The notes below the pieces were generated by a model, which made no database searches, was not told where the DNA came from, and worked only from the letters and a program-made list of their open reading frames with translations. The translations under genes and the position numbers were made by a program. A stretch of DNA of 32,000 nucleotides from Bacillus subtilis subsp. subtilis str. 168 (GTDB taxonomy: Bacteria; Bacillota; Bacilli; Bacillales; Bacillaceae): positions 690,001-722,000 of the forward strand of contig NC_000964.3 of assembly GCF_000009045.1 (NCBI RefSeq), given 5' to 3'. Position 1 is the first letter of the stretch. Every line of letters starts with the position of its first letter. This document shows positions 8,093-18,597 of the stretch, piece after piece.

Positions 8093-8289
8093 TGGCAAAG
8101 CCGAAGAAGAAAAAGTTTGAAGTGACAGAGCAGCAAACGATTGATGCGGTGCTTCAGCAAATGAAAGAAGAAGGATATCTGCCTGTAAGGCGAATGGAAG
8201 AGCCTATTTTTATGGAAAAAAAGGAAAATGGGTCAATTCAGATCGTTCCGTGCGGGAAAAAAATCGTATTTGAAGGGAAATTGATCTAA
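8092..8289 (+). CDS. yebG: Small NETI-motif-family protein
   Basis: 65 aa. Its ATG overlaps the yebE stop (TAATG at 8090-8094), indicating translational coupling. Confidence 0.85.
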
Positions 8290-8332
8290 AACACGAACAT
8301 TAGTAGAATGAATTTTTGTATCGTTCGATAAT
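8288..8332 (+). promoter_or_regulatory. PurR operator: inverted PurBox pair of the pur operon
   Basis: AAACACGAACATTA has its CGAAC core at 8294-8298. The inverted TATCGTTCGATAAT has its GTTCG core at 8323-8327. The cores are 24 nt apart and the downstream core ends 9 nt before the -35. Confidence 0.85.
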
Positions 8333-8336
8333 ATCG

Positions 8337-8365
8337 TTGACATTATCCATGTCCGTTGTTAAGAT
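8337..8365 (+). promoter_or_regulatory. pur operon sigma-A promoter
   Basis: TTGACA 8337-8342, a 17-nt spacer, then TAAGAT 8360-8365. Confidence 0.8.
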
Positions 8366-8386
8366 AAACATGAAATCAAAACACGA

Positions 8387-8577
8387 CCTCATATAATCTT
8401 GGGAATATGGCCCATAAGTTTCTACCCGGCAACCGTAAATTGCCGGACTATGCAGGAAAGTGATCGATAAAACTGACATGGATATATCGCAGAAGCGAAC
8501 GACTGACGATACATGTACCATGCCCGGTTTGTATTGCTTCCTCATAAGTGCAATGCAGAGCGGGTATTTTTTATTTT
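8387..8577 (+). promoter_or_regulatory. Guanine (G-box) purine riboswitch with terminator expression platform (pur operon leader)
   Basis: The aptamer at 8387-8456 reads CCUCAUAUAAUCUUGGGAAUAUGGCCCAUAAGUUUCUACCCGGCAACCGUAAAUUGCCGGACUAUGCAGG, with C at the specificity position. The terminator is CCCGGTTTGTATTGC 8523-8537 paired with GCAATGCAGAGCGGG 8550-8564, followed by TATTTTTTATTTT. Confidence 0.95.
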
Positions 8578-8611
8578 CTGAAAACAAAAGCATTAGAAGG
8601 TGGGGAACAGA

Positions 8612-9100
8612 ATGCAGCCGCTAGTAGGAATCATCATGGGAAGCACTTCCGATTGGGAGACAATGAAACACGCATGCGACATACTTGACGAACTCAATGT
8701 TCCGTACGAAAAAAAGGTCGTTTCCGCTCACCGGACGCCTGATTTCATGTTTGAATATGCTGAAACTGCTAGAGAAAGAGGCATCAAGGTGATTATTGCC
8801 GGTGCCGGAGGAGCGGCGCATCTGCCAGGGATGACGGCTGCGAAAACAACACTGCCAGTCATTGGAGTTCCGGTTCAGTCCAAGGCGCTGAACGGAATGG
8901 ATTCACTTCTTTCCATCGTCCAAATGCCTGGAGGCGTGCCTGTTGCGACAACATCCATCGGCAAAGCGGGTGCTGTGAACGCAGGCCTGTTAGCGGCGCA
9001 AATTTTGTCAGCATTTGACGAAGACCTTGCCCGTAAGCTGGATGAGAGAAGAGAAAATACAAAACAGACAGTGTTAGAAAGCAGTGATCAGCTTGTCTAA
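8612..9100 (+). CDS. purE: N5-carboxyaminoimidazole ribonucleotide mutase
   Basis: 162 aa from ATG 8612, with SD GAAGGTGGGG upstream (the ORF track starts at GTG 8600). PurE signature GSTSDW...AHRTP...[10 protein letters not shown]. Confidence 0.97.
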   Translation: MQPLVGIIMGSTSDWETMKHACDILDELNVPYEKKVVSAHRTPDFMFEYAETARERGIKVIIAGAGGAAHLPGMTAAKTTLPVIGVPVQSKALNGMDSLLSIVQMPGGVPVATTSIGKAGAVNAGLLAAQILSAFDEDLARKLDERRENTKQTVLESSDQLV

Positions 9101-10235
9101 ACAAATCATCTATCCGGGAGCTGTAATCGGCATTATCGGCGGCGGCCAGCTTGGGAAAATGATGGCTGTGTCCGCCAAACAAATGGGGTATAAAGTCGCG
9201 GTCGTTGATCCGGTGAAAGATTCGCCGTGCGGGCAGGTTGCGGATGTCGAAATTACCGCTCATTATAATGACCGTGAAGCGATTCGAAAATTGGCTGAAA
9301 TCAGCGATATCATCACATATGAGTTTGAAAACATCGACTATGATGCGCTGCATTGGCTAAAAGATCATGCGTATCTCCCGCAAGGAAGTGAGCTGCTGCT
9401 TATTACCCAAAACCGTGAAACAGAGAAAAAAGCAATTCAATCCGCGGGCTGTGAAGTCGCACCGTACAGCATCGTCAAAACAAAGAATGAATTGAAACAG
9501 GCAGTACAGGAGCTCAGGCTTCCGGCAGTGCTGAAAACATGCCGCGGCGGGTACGACGGCAAAGGCCAATTTGTGATAAAAGAAGAGGCGCAAATGGAGC
9601 AGGCAGCCGCTCTGTTAGAACACGGAACTTGCATTCTTGAAAGCTGGGTTTCTTTTAAAATGGAACTGTCGGTGATCGTCGTTAGATCGGTAAACGGTGA
9701 AATTTCAACATTTCCGACAGCTGAAAACATTCACCACAACAATATTCTTTTCCAAAGCATCGTGCCCGCACGGGTAGAGAAAGGGATTCAGCAGAAGGCT
9801 GCTGATCTCGCAGTTAAGCTTGCAGATGAGCTTAACCTTGTCGGACCGCTTGCTGTTGAGATGTTCCTGACAGAGGACGGAGAGCTTTTGGTCAATGAAC
9901 TGGCGCCAAGACCGCACAATTCAGGGCATTATACGCTGGACCTTTGCGAGACGAGCCAGTTTGAGCAGCATATCAGAGCGGTATGCGGGCTTCCGCTTGG
10001 GAAGACAGATTTGCTGAAGCCGGGCATGATGGTGAATCTTCTCGGCGATGAAGTGAAGCTTGTTGAGGAAGACCCGGAGCTTTTAAAAGAGGCAAAGCTA
10101 TATATATACGGAAAACATGAAATCAAAAAAGGCCGCAAAATGGGGCATATTACATTTATGAAGCAGCCTGAAGACGAATGGATTCAGGAGATCACAAATA
10201 AATGGATGAATAGAGACGGAGGACAAGCAGAATGA
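9093..10235 (+). CDS. purK: N5-CAIR synthetase (ATP-grasp)
   Basis: 380 aa from TTG 9093, which is my recollection of the annotated length. The alternative in-frame GTG 9084 gives 383 aa. It has the [13 protein letters not shown] nucleotide loop and overlaps the purE stop. Confidence 0.93.
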   Translation: MSKQIIYPGAVIGIIGGGQLGKMMAVSAKQMGYKVAVVDPVKDSPCGQVADVEITAHYNDREAIRKLAEISDIITYEFENIDYDALHWLKDHAYLPQGSELLLITQNRETEKKAIQSAGCEVAPYSIVKTKNELKQAVQELRLPAVLKTCRGGYDGKGQFVIKEEAQMEQAAALLEHGTCILESWVSFKMELSVIVVRSVNGEISTFPTAENIHHNNILFQSIVPARVEKGIQQKAADLAVKLADELNLVGPLAVEMFLTEDGELLVNELAPRPHNSGHYTLDLCETSQFEQHIRAVCGLPLGKTDLLKPGMMVNLLGDEVKLVEEDPELLKEAKLYIYGKHEIKKGRKMGHITFMKQPEDEWIQEITNKWMNRDGGQAE

Positions 10236-11527
10236 TCGAACGTTATTCAAGACCTGAAATGTCCGCGATTTGGACGGATGAAAACAGATTTCAAGCATGG
10301 TTAGAGGTTGAAATTCTTGCCTGTGAAGCGTGGGCGGAGCTTGGCGTCATTCCGAAAGAAGATGTAAAGGTTATGCGCGAAAACGCGTCATTTGACATCA
10401 ACCGCATTTTAGAAATCGAAAAGGACACGCGCCATGACGTTGTCGCTTTTACGCGCGCTGTATCCGAATCACTGGGCGAAGAAAGAAAATGGGTGCATTA
10501 CGGCTTAACGTCAACTGACGTTGTTGATACGGCTCTTTCCTACTTATTAAAACAGGCAAACGATATTTTGCTCAAGGATCTTGAGAGATTTGTTGACATT
10601 ATAAAAGAAAAAGCGAAAGAACATAAATACACAGTCATGATGGGGCGCACACACGGCGTACACGCTGAGCCTACAACATTCGGCTTAAAACTTGCGCTTT
10701 GGCATGAAGAAATGAAACGTAATCTTGAGCGCTTCAAACAAGCGAAAGCAGGCATCGAGGTTGGAAAGATTTCCGGTGCTGTCGGCACATATGCGAACAT
10801 TGATCCATTTGTTGAACAATATGTCTGTGAGAAGCTCGGATTGAAAGCAGCACCGATTTCCACTCAAACCCTTCAGCGTGACCGCCATGCTGACTATATG
10901 GCAACACTTGCTTTGATCGCGACAAGCATCGAGAAATTCGCTGTGGAAATCCGCGGACTGCAAAAGAGTGAAACACGTGAAGTAGAGGAATTTTTCGCGA
11001 AAGGGCAAAAGGGTTCATCTGCAATGCCGCATAAACGAAATCCGATTGGCTCTGAAAACATGACAGGCATGGCGCGCGTGATCCGCGGCTACATGATGAC
11101 AGCTTACGAAAATGTTCCATTATGGCATGAGCGCGATATTTCTCATTCTTCAGCAGAACGAATTATTCTTCCGGATGCGACAATTGCGCTGAACTACATG
11201 CTGAACCGCTTCTCCAACATCGTGAAGAACTTAACGGTCTTCCCGGAAAACATGAAGCGCAACATGGACCGCACTCTCGGCCTTATCTATTCTCAGCGTG
11301 TGCTCCTTGCTTTGATTGACACAGGCCTGACTCGTGAAGAAGCCTATGATACAGTTCAGCCGAAAGCAATGGAAGCGTGGGAAAAACAAGTGCCGTTCCG
11401 CGAGCTTGTGGAAGCGGAAGAGAAAATCACGTCACGTCTTTCTCCAGAAAAAATTGCTGACTGCTTTGATTACAATTACCATCTGAAAAATGTTGATCTG
11501 ATCTTTGAACGTTTAGGTTTAGCATAG
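10232..11527 (+). CDS. purB: Adenylosuccinate lyase
   Basis: 431 aa with an ATGA overlap with the purK stop. It carries the fumarase/ASL-family signature [11 protein letters not shown]. Confidence 0.97.
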   Translation: MIERYSRPEMSAIWTDENRFQAWLEVEILACEAWAELGVIPKEDVKVMRENASFDINRILEIEKDTRHDVVAFTRAVSESLGEERKWVHYGLTSTDVVDTALSYLLKQANDILLKDLERFVDIIKEKAKEHKYTVMMGRTHGVHAEPTTFGLKLALWHEEMKRNLERFKQAKAGIEVGKISGAVGTYANIDPFVEQYVCEKLGLKAAPISTQTLQRDRHADYMATLALIATSIEKFAVEIRGLQKSETREVEEFFAKGQKGSSAMPHKRNPIGSENMTGMARVIRGYMMTAYENVPLWHERDISHSSAERIILPDATIALNYMLNRFSNIVKNLTVFPENMKRNMDRTLGLIYSQRVLLALIDTGLTREEAYDTVQPKAMEAWEKQVPFRELVEAEEKITSRLSPEKIADCFDYNYHLKNVDLIFERLGLA

Positions 11528-11600
11528 AAGAAGCTTTTAGCGGCTTCTTCTAAGCCGCCGCAGTTTGAAAATTCCCAACATTCGGGTTAGGAGGCCTTCC

Positions 11601-12326
11601 GTGAATATTGTGAAGAATGAACTTTTATACGAAGGAAAAGCAAAAAAGATCTACAAAACCGATGACGAAAACACGCTGTATGTCGTGTATAAAGACTCCG
11701 CCACTGCCTTTAACGGCGAGAAAAAAGCAGAAATCAGCGGAAAAGGGCGCTTAAATAATGAAATTTCAAGCCTCATTTTCAAACACCTTCATGCTAAGGG
11801 CATTAACAATCATTTTATCGAGCGCATTTCGGAAACGGAGCAGCTCATTAAAAAGGTAACGATTGTGCCGCTTGAAGTCGTGGTAAGAAATGTTGTGGCA
11901 GGAAGCATGTCCAAACGTCTCGGCATTCCAGAAGGCACGGAGCTTGAGCAGCCGATTATCGAGTTTTACTACAAGGATGACGCGCTGGGTGATCCGCTCA
12001 TCACAGAAGATCATATTTGGCTTTTGAAGGCGGCGACTCCTGAGCAGGTAGAAACCATTAAGTCCATTACAACAATAGTAAATGAAGAGCTTCAAAGCAT
12101 CTTCGACGATTGTCATGTCAGATTAATAGATTTCAAGCTTGAATTCGGTTTAGATGCAGAAGGGCAAGTGCTTTTGGCGGATGAAATATCTCCTGACACA
12201 TGCCGCTTGTGGGATAAAGAAACGAACGAAAAGCTGGACAAAGATTTATTCAGACGCAATCTGGGAAGCTTAACCGACGCATACGAAGAGATTTTCAATA
12301 GACTGGGAGGCATTCATCATGTATAA
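11601..12326 (+). CDS. purC: SAICAR synthetase
   Basis: 241 aa from GTG 11601, with SD TAGGAGG 11588-11594 at 6-nt spacing. The ORF-track start 11565 has no SD. The N-terminus LLYEGKAKKIY is typical of PurC. Confidence 0.95.
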   Translation: MNIVKNELLYEGKAKKIYKTDDENTLYVVYKDSATAFNGEKKAEISGKGRLNNEISSLIFKHLHAKGINNHFIERISETEQLIKKVTIVPLEVVVRNVVAGSMSKRLGIPEGTELEQPIIEFYYKDDALGDPLITEDHIWLLKAATPEQVETIKSITTIVNEELQSIFDDCHVRLIDFKLEFGLDAEGQVLLADEISPDTCRLWDKETNEKLDKDLFRRNLGSLTDAYEEIFNRLGGIHHV

Positions 12327-12573
12327 AGTAAAAGTTTATGTCAGCTTAAAAGAAAGTGTACTAGATCCACAAGGGAGCGCTGTCCAGCATGCCTTGCACA
12401 GTATGACTTACAACGAAGTTCAAGATGTGCGCATCGGGAAATACATGGAGCTTACCATTGAAAAATCTGACCGTGATCTTGACGTGCTAGTGAAAGAAAT
12501 GTGCGAAAAACTTCTTGCGAACACAGTGATTGAAGATTATAGATATGAGGTTGAGGAGGTAGTCGCACAGTGA
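12319..12573 (+). CDS. purS: FGAM synthase PurS subunit
   Basis: 84 aa. It overlaps the purC stop by 8 nt, and the purQ start overlaps its stop (GTGA). Confidence 0.93.
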   Translation: MYKVKVYVSLKESVLDPQGSAVQHALHSMTYNEVQDVRIGKYMELTIEKSDRDLDVLVKEMCEKLLANTVIEDYRYEVEEVVAQ

Positions 12574-13253
12574 AATTTGCGGTGATTGTGTTACCCGGCT
12601 CCAACTGTGATATCGATATGTATCATGCTGTAAAGGATGAGCTCGGCCATGAAGTGGAATACGTCTGGCATGAGGAAACAAGCCTTGACGGCTTCGACGG
12701 CGTGTTAATTCCGGGAGGATTTTCTTACGGCGATTACTTAAGATGCGGCGCCATCGCCCGATTTGCGAATATTATGCCAGCTGTCAAACAAGCAGCGGCT
12801 GAAGGAAAACCTGTTCTTGGCGTCTGTAACGGATTCCAGATTTTACAGGAGCTTGGGCTGCTGCCAGGCGCAATGAGACGCAACAAAGATCTGAAGTTCA
12901 TTTGCCGTCCGGTTGAATTGATTGTTCAGAACGACGAAACCTTATTCACAGCTTCCTACGAAAAGGGAGAATCGATTACAATCCCGGTTGCCCATGGTGA
13001 AGGGAATTTCTACTGTGATGACGAGACGCTTGCTACATTAAAGGAAAACAATCAAATTGCTTTCACATACGGCTCTAATATTAATGGAAGTGTCAGCGAC
13101 ATTGCCGGTGTCGTGAATGAGAAAGGCAATGTATTAGGCATGATGCCTCACCCTGAGCGCGCGGTCGATGAACTGCTTGGAAGCGCCGACGGTCTTAAAT
13201 TGTTCCAGTCTATCGTGAAAAATTGGAGGGAAACTCATGTCACTACTGCTTGA
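12570..13253 (+). CDS. purQ: FGAM synthase glutaminase subunit
   Basis: 227 aa with a GTG start. It has the class-I GATase nucleophile elbow GVCNGFQ and the HPE motif. Confidence 0.96.
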   Translation: MKFAVIVLPGSNCDIDMYHAVKDELGHEVEYVWHEETSLDGFDGVLIPGGFSYGDYLRCGAIARFANIMPAVKQAAAEGKPVLGVCNGFQILQELGLLPGAMRRNKDLKFICRPVELIVQNDETLFTASYEKGESITIPVAHGEGNFYCDDETLATLKENNQIAFTYGSNINGSVSDIAGVVNEKGNVLGMMPHPERAVDELLGSADGLKLFQSIVKNWRETHVTTA

Positions 13254-15465
13254 ACCAAGTAAAGAACAAATAAAAGAAGAGAAACTGTATCAGCAAATGG
13301 GTGTCAGTGATGATGAGTTTGCATTGATAGAATCCATTCTTGGAAGATTGCCGAACTACACAGAAATCGGAATTTTTTCTGTCATGTGGTCTGAGCATTG
13401 CAGCTATAAAAACTCAAAGCCGATTCTGCGTAAATTCCCGACAAGCGGCGAGCGTGTGCTGCAGGGGCCGGGGGAAGGCGCCGGAATCGTTGATATCGGT
13501 GATAACCAAGCGGTTGTGTTCAAAATTGAATCACATAACCACCCATCAGCTCTCGAGCCTTACCAAGGCGCTGCGACTGGCGTAGGCGGAATTATCCGTG
13601 ATGTATTCTCAATGGGTGCACGCCCAATCGCTGTATTGAACTCTCTTCGATTTGGTGAACTGACTTCACCCCGCGTGAAGTACTTGTTTGAAGAAGTAGT
13701 AGCGGGTATCGCCGGATACGGCAACTGTATCGGCATCCCGACAGTCGGCGGAGAAGTGCAGTTTGACAGCAGCTATGAAGGAAATCCGCTCGTCAACGCA
13801 ATGTGCGTCGGTTTAATCAACCATGAAGACATCAAAAAAGGCCAGGCAAAGGGTGTCGGCAACACAGTAATGTACGTAGGAGCGAAAACAGGGCGTGACG
13901 GCATCCACGGCGCTACGTTTGCTTCTGAAGAAATGTCAGACTCGTCTGAAGAAAAGCGTTCTGCTGTCCAAGTCGGCGATCCGTTTATGGAGAAGCTTTT
14001 GCTTGAAGCATGTCTGGAAGTCATCCAATGCGACGCCTTAGTCGGCATTCAGGATATGGGAGCTGCCGGTTTAACAAGCTCAAGTGCAGAAATGGCAAGT
14101 AAAGCCGGTTCTGGCATTGAAATGAATCTTGACCTGATTCCTCAGCGCGAAACAGGCATGACCGCGTATGAAATGATGCTTTCTGAATCACAAGAACGGA
14201 TGCTTTTGGTTATTGAGCGCGGACGTGAGCAGGAAATCATCGATATTTTTGACAAGTATGATCTTGAAGCGGTTTCTGTCGGACATGTGACAGATGATAA
14301 AATGCTTCGCCTGACACATAAAGGAGAGGTTGTGTGCGAGCTGCCTGTTGATGCCTTGGCAGAAGAAGCACCGGTTTACCATAAGCCTTCTCAAGAGCCT
14401 GCTTACTATCGCGAGTTTTTGGAAACAGACGTTCCGGCTCCGCAAATTGAAGATGCGAATGAAATGCTGAAGGCCCTTCTTCAGCAGCCGACGATTGCGA
14501 GTAAAGAGTGGGTTTATGATCAGTATGACTACATGGTGCGCACGAATACAGTTGTCGCTCCTGGGTCTGATGCTGGTGTTCTCAGAATCCGCGGAACGAA
14601 AAAGGCGCTGGCGATGACGACAGACTGTAACGCGCGTTATCTCTATCTTGATCCTGAAGTCGGAGGGAAAATTGCTGTCGCTGAAGCAGCGCGCAACATC
14701 ATTTGCTCAGGCGCAGAACCGCTTGCGGTGACAGATAACCTTAACTTCGGAAACCCTGAGAAGCCGGAAATCTTCTGGCAGATCGAAAAAGCGGCAGACG
14801 GCATAAGCGAAGCGTGCAATGTTCTCAGCACTCCGGTTATCGGCGGTAACGTATCGCTTTATAACGAATCAAACGGCACGGCGATCTATCCGACACCAGT
14901 TATCGGCATGGTCGGCCTAATTGAAGATACAGCGCACATTACAACACAGCATTTCAAACAAGCAGGAGATCTCGTATACGTGATCGGCGAAACAAAACCA
15001 GAGTTTGCCGGAAGCGAGCTGCAAAAAATGACAGAAGGCCGTATTTACGGCAAAGCGCCGCAAATCGATCTTGATGTAGAGCTGTCTCGTCAAAAAGCAC
15101 TGCTTGACGCGATTAAAAAAGGCTTCGTTCAATCTGCGCATGATGTGTCTGAAGGCGGCTTAGGCGTAGCGATTGCGGAAAGTGTCATGACGACGGAAAA
15201 CCTTGGCGCTAATGTGACTGTAGAAGGGGAAGCGGCGTTATTATTCTCTGAATCTCAATCTCGCTTCGTCGTTTCAGTGAAAAAAGAACATCAAGCTGCG
15301 TTTGAAGCAACTGTCAAAGATGCAGTTCATATTGGTGAGGTAACAGCTGACGGAATTCTGGCGATTCAAAACCAAGACGGACAACAAATGATTCATGCGC
15401 AAACGAAAGAGCTTGAACGCGTATGGAAAGGAGCTATCCCATGCTTGCTGAAATCAAAGGCTTAA
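13237..15465 (+). CDS. purL: FGAM synthase II (large subunit)
   Basis: 742 aa with duplicated PurM-like (AIRS) domains. It overlaps purQ by 17 nt. Confidence 0.97.
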   Translation: MSLLLEPSKEQIKEEKLYQQMGVSDDEFALIESILGRLPNYTEIGIFSVMWSEHCSYKNSKPILRKFPTSGERVLQGPGEGAGIVDIGDNQAVVFKIESHNHPSALEPYQGAATGVGGIIRDVFSMGARPIAVLNSLRFGELTSPRVKYLFEEVVAGIAGYGNCIGIPTVGGEVQFDSSYEGNPLVNAMCVGLINHEDIKKGQAKGVGNTVMYVGAKTGRDGIHGATFASEEMSDSSEEKRSAVQVGDPFMEKLLLEACLEVIQCDALVGIQDMGAAGLTSSSAEMASKAGSGIEMNLDLIPQRETGMTAYEMMLSESQERMLLVIERGREQEIIDIFDKYDLEAVSVGHVTDDKMLRLTHKGEVVCELPVDALAEEAPVYHKPSQEPAYYREFLETDVPAPQIEDANEMLKALLQQPTIASKEWVYDQYDYMVRTNTVVAPGSDAGVLRIRGTKKALAMTTDCNARYLYLDPEVGGKIAVAEAARNIICSGAEPLAVTDNLNFGNPEKPEIFWQIEKAADGISEACNVLSTPVIGGNVSLYNESNGTAIYPTPVIGMVGLIEDTAHITTQHFKQAGDLVYVIGETKPEFAGSELQKMTEGRIYGKAPQIDLDVELSRQKALLDAIKKGFVQSAHDVSEGGLGVAIAESVMTTENLGANVTVEGEAALLFSESQSRFVVSVKKEHQAAFEATVKDAVHIGEVTADGILAIQNQDGQQMIHAQTKELERVWKGAIPCLLKSKA

Positions 15466-16871
15466 ATGAAGAATGCGGCGTTTTTGGGATTTGGGGACAT
15501 GAAGAAGCCCCGCAAATCACGTATTACGGTCTCCACAGCCTTCAGCACCGAGGACAGGAGGGTGCTGGCATCGTAGCGACTGACGGTGAAAAGCTGACGG
15601 CTCACAAAGGCCAAGGTCTGATCACTGAAGTATTTCAAAACGGCGAACTCAGCAAAGTAAAGGGAAAAGGCGCTATCGGGCACGTTCGGTACGCAACGGC
15701 TGGAGGCGGCGGATACGAAAATGTTCAGCCGCTCCTCTTCCGTTCCCAAAACAACGGCAGCCTGGCGCTTGCTCATAACGGAAATCTTGTCAACGCCACT
15801 CAGCTGAAGCAGCAGCTCGAAAATCAAGGGAGCATCTTTCAAACCTCTTCGGATACAGAGGTTTTGGCTCACCTGATCAAAAGAAGCGGACACTTCACGC
15901 TGAAGGATCAAATTAAAAACTCGCTTTCTATGCTGAAAGGCGCCTACGCGTTCCTGATCATGACCGAAACAGAAATGATTGTCGCACTTGATCCAAACGG
16001 GCTGAGACCGCTATCCATCGGCATGATGGGCGACGCTTATGTGGTCGCATCAGAAACATGCGCATTTGACGTCGTCGGCGCAACGTACCTTCGCGAGGTA
16101 GAGCCGGGAGAAATGCTGATCATTAATGATGAAGGCATGAAATCAGAGCGTTTTTCCATGAATATCAATCGTTCCATTTGCAGCATGGAGTACATTTATT
16201 TCTCCAGACCAGACAGCAATATTGACGGTATTAATGTGCACAGTGCCCGTAAAAACCTTGGGAAAATGCTGGCTCAGGAATCCGCAGTTGAAGCTGACGT
16301 CGTAACCGGGGTTCCGGATTCCAGTATTTCAGCGGCGATCGGCTATGCAGAGGCAACAGGCATTCCGTATGAGCTTGGCTTAATCAAAAACCGTTATGTT
16401 GGCAGAACGTTTATTCAGCCGTCCCAGGCTCTGCGTGAGCAAGGCGTCAGAATGAAGCTGTCTGCGGTGCGCGGGGTTGTAGAAGGCAAACGCGTCGTGA
16501 TGGTGGATGACTCTATCGTGCGAGGAACAACTAGCCGCCGGATTGTCACGATGCTAAGAGAAGCGGGTGCGACAGAGGTGCATGTGAAAATCAGTTCACC
16601 GCCGATCGCTCATCCGTGCTTTTACGGCATTGACACTTCCACACATGAAGAACTGATCGCGTCTTCGCATTCTGTTGAAGAAATCCGTCAGGAAATCGGA
16701 GCCGATACCCTCTCATTTTTGAGTGTGGAAGGGCTGCTGAAAGGCATCGGCAGAAAATACGATGACTCGAATTGCGGACAGTGTCTCGCTTGCTTTACAG
16801 GAAAATATCCGACTGAAATTTACCAGGATACAGTGCTTCCTCACGTAAAAGAAGCAGTATTAACCAAATAA
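15441..16871 (+). CDS. purF: Glutamine PRPP amidotransferase (with propeptide and 4Fe-4S cluster)
   Basis: 476 aa from ATG 15441, with SD AAAGGAG 15427-15433 (ORF-track start 15423 is further upstream). The 11-residue propeptide [11 protein letters not shown] precedes the Ntn Cys (CGVFGIW). It has the PRPP loop [13 protein letters not shown] and C-terminal Cys ligands CGQCLAC. Confidence 0.97.
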   Translation: MLAEIKGLNEECGVFGIWGHEEAPQITYYGLHSLQHRGQEGAGIVATDGEKLTAHKGQGLITEVFQNGELSKVKGKGAIGHVRYATAGGGGYENVQPLLFRSQNNGSLALAHNGNLVNATQLKQQLENQGSIFQTSSDTEVLAHLIKRSGHFTLKDQIKNSLSMLKGAYAFLIMTETEMIVALDPNGLRPLSIGMMGDAYVVASETCAFDVVGATYLREVEPGEMLIINDEGMKSERFSMNINRSICSMEYIYFSRPDSNIDGINVHSARKNLGKMLAQESAVEADVVTGVPDSSISAAIGYAEATGIPYELGLIKNRYVGRTFIQPSQALREQGVRMKLSAVRGVVEGKRVVMVDDSIVRGTTSRRIVTMLREAGATEVHVKISSPPIAHPCFYGIDTSTHEELIASSHSVEEIRQEIGADTLSFLSVEGLLKGIGRKYDDSNCGQCLACFTGKYPTEIYQDTVLPHVKEAVLTK

Positions 16872-16972
16872 AACTTGAAAAATGACATAAAGGCAGCGCA
16901 GTTCGGCTGCCTTTCTCTTTCTGCCCTCGTTCGGGGAGATATTTTGAAAAGCGCCTTAAAGGAGTGAATAGG

Positions 16973-18013
16973 ATGTCTGAAGCATATAAAAACGCAGGAG
17001 TTGACATCGAAGCCGGATATGAAGCTGTAAAACGAATGAAAAAACACGTGGAGCGCACGAAACGGCTTGGCGTTATGGGCAGCCTTGGCGGTTTTGGCGG
17101 CATGTTTGACCTGTCTGAGCTTTCTTATCAAAAACCAGTTCTCATTTCGGGAACGGACGGTGTCGGCACAAAATTAAAGCTCGCTTTTTCCATGGATAAG
17201 CATGACACGATTGGCGTGGATGCTGTTGCAATGTGTGTCAATGACGTGCTGGCACAAGGTGCAGAGCCGCTGTTTTTCCTCGATTATTTAGCGGTTGGCA
17301 AAGCGGACCCAGTGAAAATTGAACAGATTGTACAAGGTGTTGCGGAAGGCTGTGAGCAGTCAGGTTCAGCCTTAGTCGGCGGTGAAACGGCTGAAATGCC
17401 GGGGCTCTATACAGCTGATGAATACGATATTGCCGGTTTCTCAGTCGGAGTGGCAGAAAAGGACGAAATCGTGACTGGAGAAAAAATTGAAGAGGGCCAT
17501 CTGTTGATCGGCCTCAGCTCCAGCGGCCTTCACAGCAACGGCTTTTCCCTTGTCAGAAAAGTGCTTCTGGATGATGCGGAGCTGGACCTCGATACAACAT
17601 ATGAGCCGTTTGAACGCCCGCTTGGCGAGGAATTGCTTGAACCGACAAGGATTTACGTGAAGCCTGTGCTTGCCGCGGTCAAAAGCGGAAAAATCGACGG
17701 CATGGCGCACGTGACAGGCGGAGGATTTATTGAAAATATTCCGCGTATGCTTCCGGAAGGCTTAAGTGCGGAAATTGATCATGGCTCATGGCCGATCCCG
17801 CCGATTTTTTCTTTCTTGCAAGAGTACGGCAAGCTAAAGGAAGAAGACATGTTCAACGTCTTTAATATGGGTATCGGTTTTGTTTTGGCAGTCAAAGAAG
17901 AGCATCTGACAGATGTGATCGGAACGCTTGAAAGCCATGGCGAAAAAGCCTATTTAATCGGGCGTGTGAAAAAAGGTGAAGGCGTCACATTCGGCGGTGC
18001 GGCACTTTCATGA
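16973..18013 (+). CDS. purM: AIR synthetase
   Basis: 346 aa from ATG 16973, with SD AAAGGAG 16958-16964 at 8-nt spacing. The ORF-track GTG 16964 lies inside the SD. PurM signature GTDGVGTK. Confidence 0.96.
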   Translation: MSEAYKNAGVDIEAGYEAVKRMKKHVERTKRLGVMGSLGGFGGMFDLSELSYQKPVLISGTDGVGTKLKLAFSMDKHDTIGVDAVAMCVNDVLAQGAEPLFFLDYLAVGKADPVKIEQIVQGVAEGCEQSGSALVGGETAEMPGLYTADEYDIAGFSVGVAEKDEIVTGEKIEEGHLLIGLSSSGLHSNGFSLVRKVLLDDAELDLDTTYEPFERPLGEELLEPTRIYVKPVLAAVKSGKIDGMAHVTGGGFIENIPRMLPEGLSAEIDHGSWPIPPIFSFLQEYGKLKEEDMFNVFNMGIGFVLAVKEEHLTDVIGTLESHGEKAYLIGRVKKGEGVTFGGAALS

Positions 18014-18597
18014 AAAAGTTTGCGGTATTTGCATCAGGAAACGGTTCAAACTTCGAAGCCATCGTCACGCGTTTGAAGGAGGAGAACTGGGATGCGTCAG
18101 CAGCGCTCCTCGTTTGCGACAAACCGCAGGCGAAAGTCATCGAACGGGCGGAAGCATTCCACATTCCATCCTTCGCATTTGAGCCGAAGTCTTATGAAAA
18201 CAAGGCTGCATTTGAACAAGCCATCATTGAACAGCTTCGTCTTCACGAGGTTGAATTGATTGCTCTTGCCGGCTATATGAGGCTGATCGGTGATACGCTC
18301 CTTCAAGCATATGGGGGAAAAATCATTAACATTCACCCATCGCTTCTTCCGGCGTTTCCTGGAATCGACGCAGTCGGACAGGCGTTCCGGGCGGGTGTGA
18401 AGGTGGCCGGAATCACCGTGCATTATGTCGATGAAGGAATGGATACAGGTCCGATCATCGCTCAAAAGGCAATCGAAATTGATGAACATGATACATTGGA
18501 AACAATCGAACAGCGAATTCACAAGCTTGAGCATAAATGGTATCCGAGTGTGATTAAACAGCTATTAGGATTAAATAACAGAGGTGAAAAGGCATGA
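18010..18597 (+). CDS. purN: GAR transformylase (formyl-THF dependent)
   Basis: 195 aa with an ATGA overlap with purM. It has the formyltransferase motif [13 protein letters not shown]. Confidence 0.96.
   Translation: MKKFAVFASGNGSNFEAIVTRLKEENWDASAALLVCDKPQAKVIERAEAFHIPSFAFEPKSYENKAAFEQAIIEQLRLHEVELIALAGYMRLIGDTLLQAYGGKIINIHPSLLPAFPGIDAVGQAFRAGVKVAGITVHYVDEGMDTGPIIAQKAIEIDEHDTLETIEQRIHKLEHKWYPSVIKQLLGLNNRGEKA

Noticed and set aside
8300-8593. 97-aa reverse-strand ORF covering the region between yebG and purE.
   Set aside because: The interval is fully explained by the PurBoxes, the pur promoter, the G-box aptamer and the attenuator. The ORF has no SD and its composition is odd.
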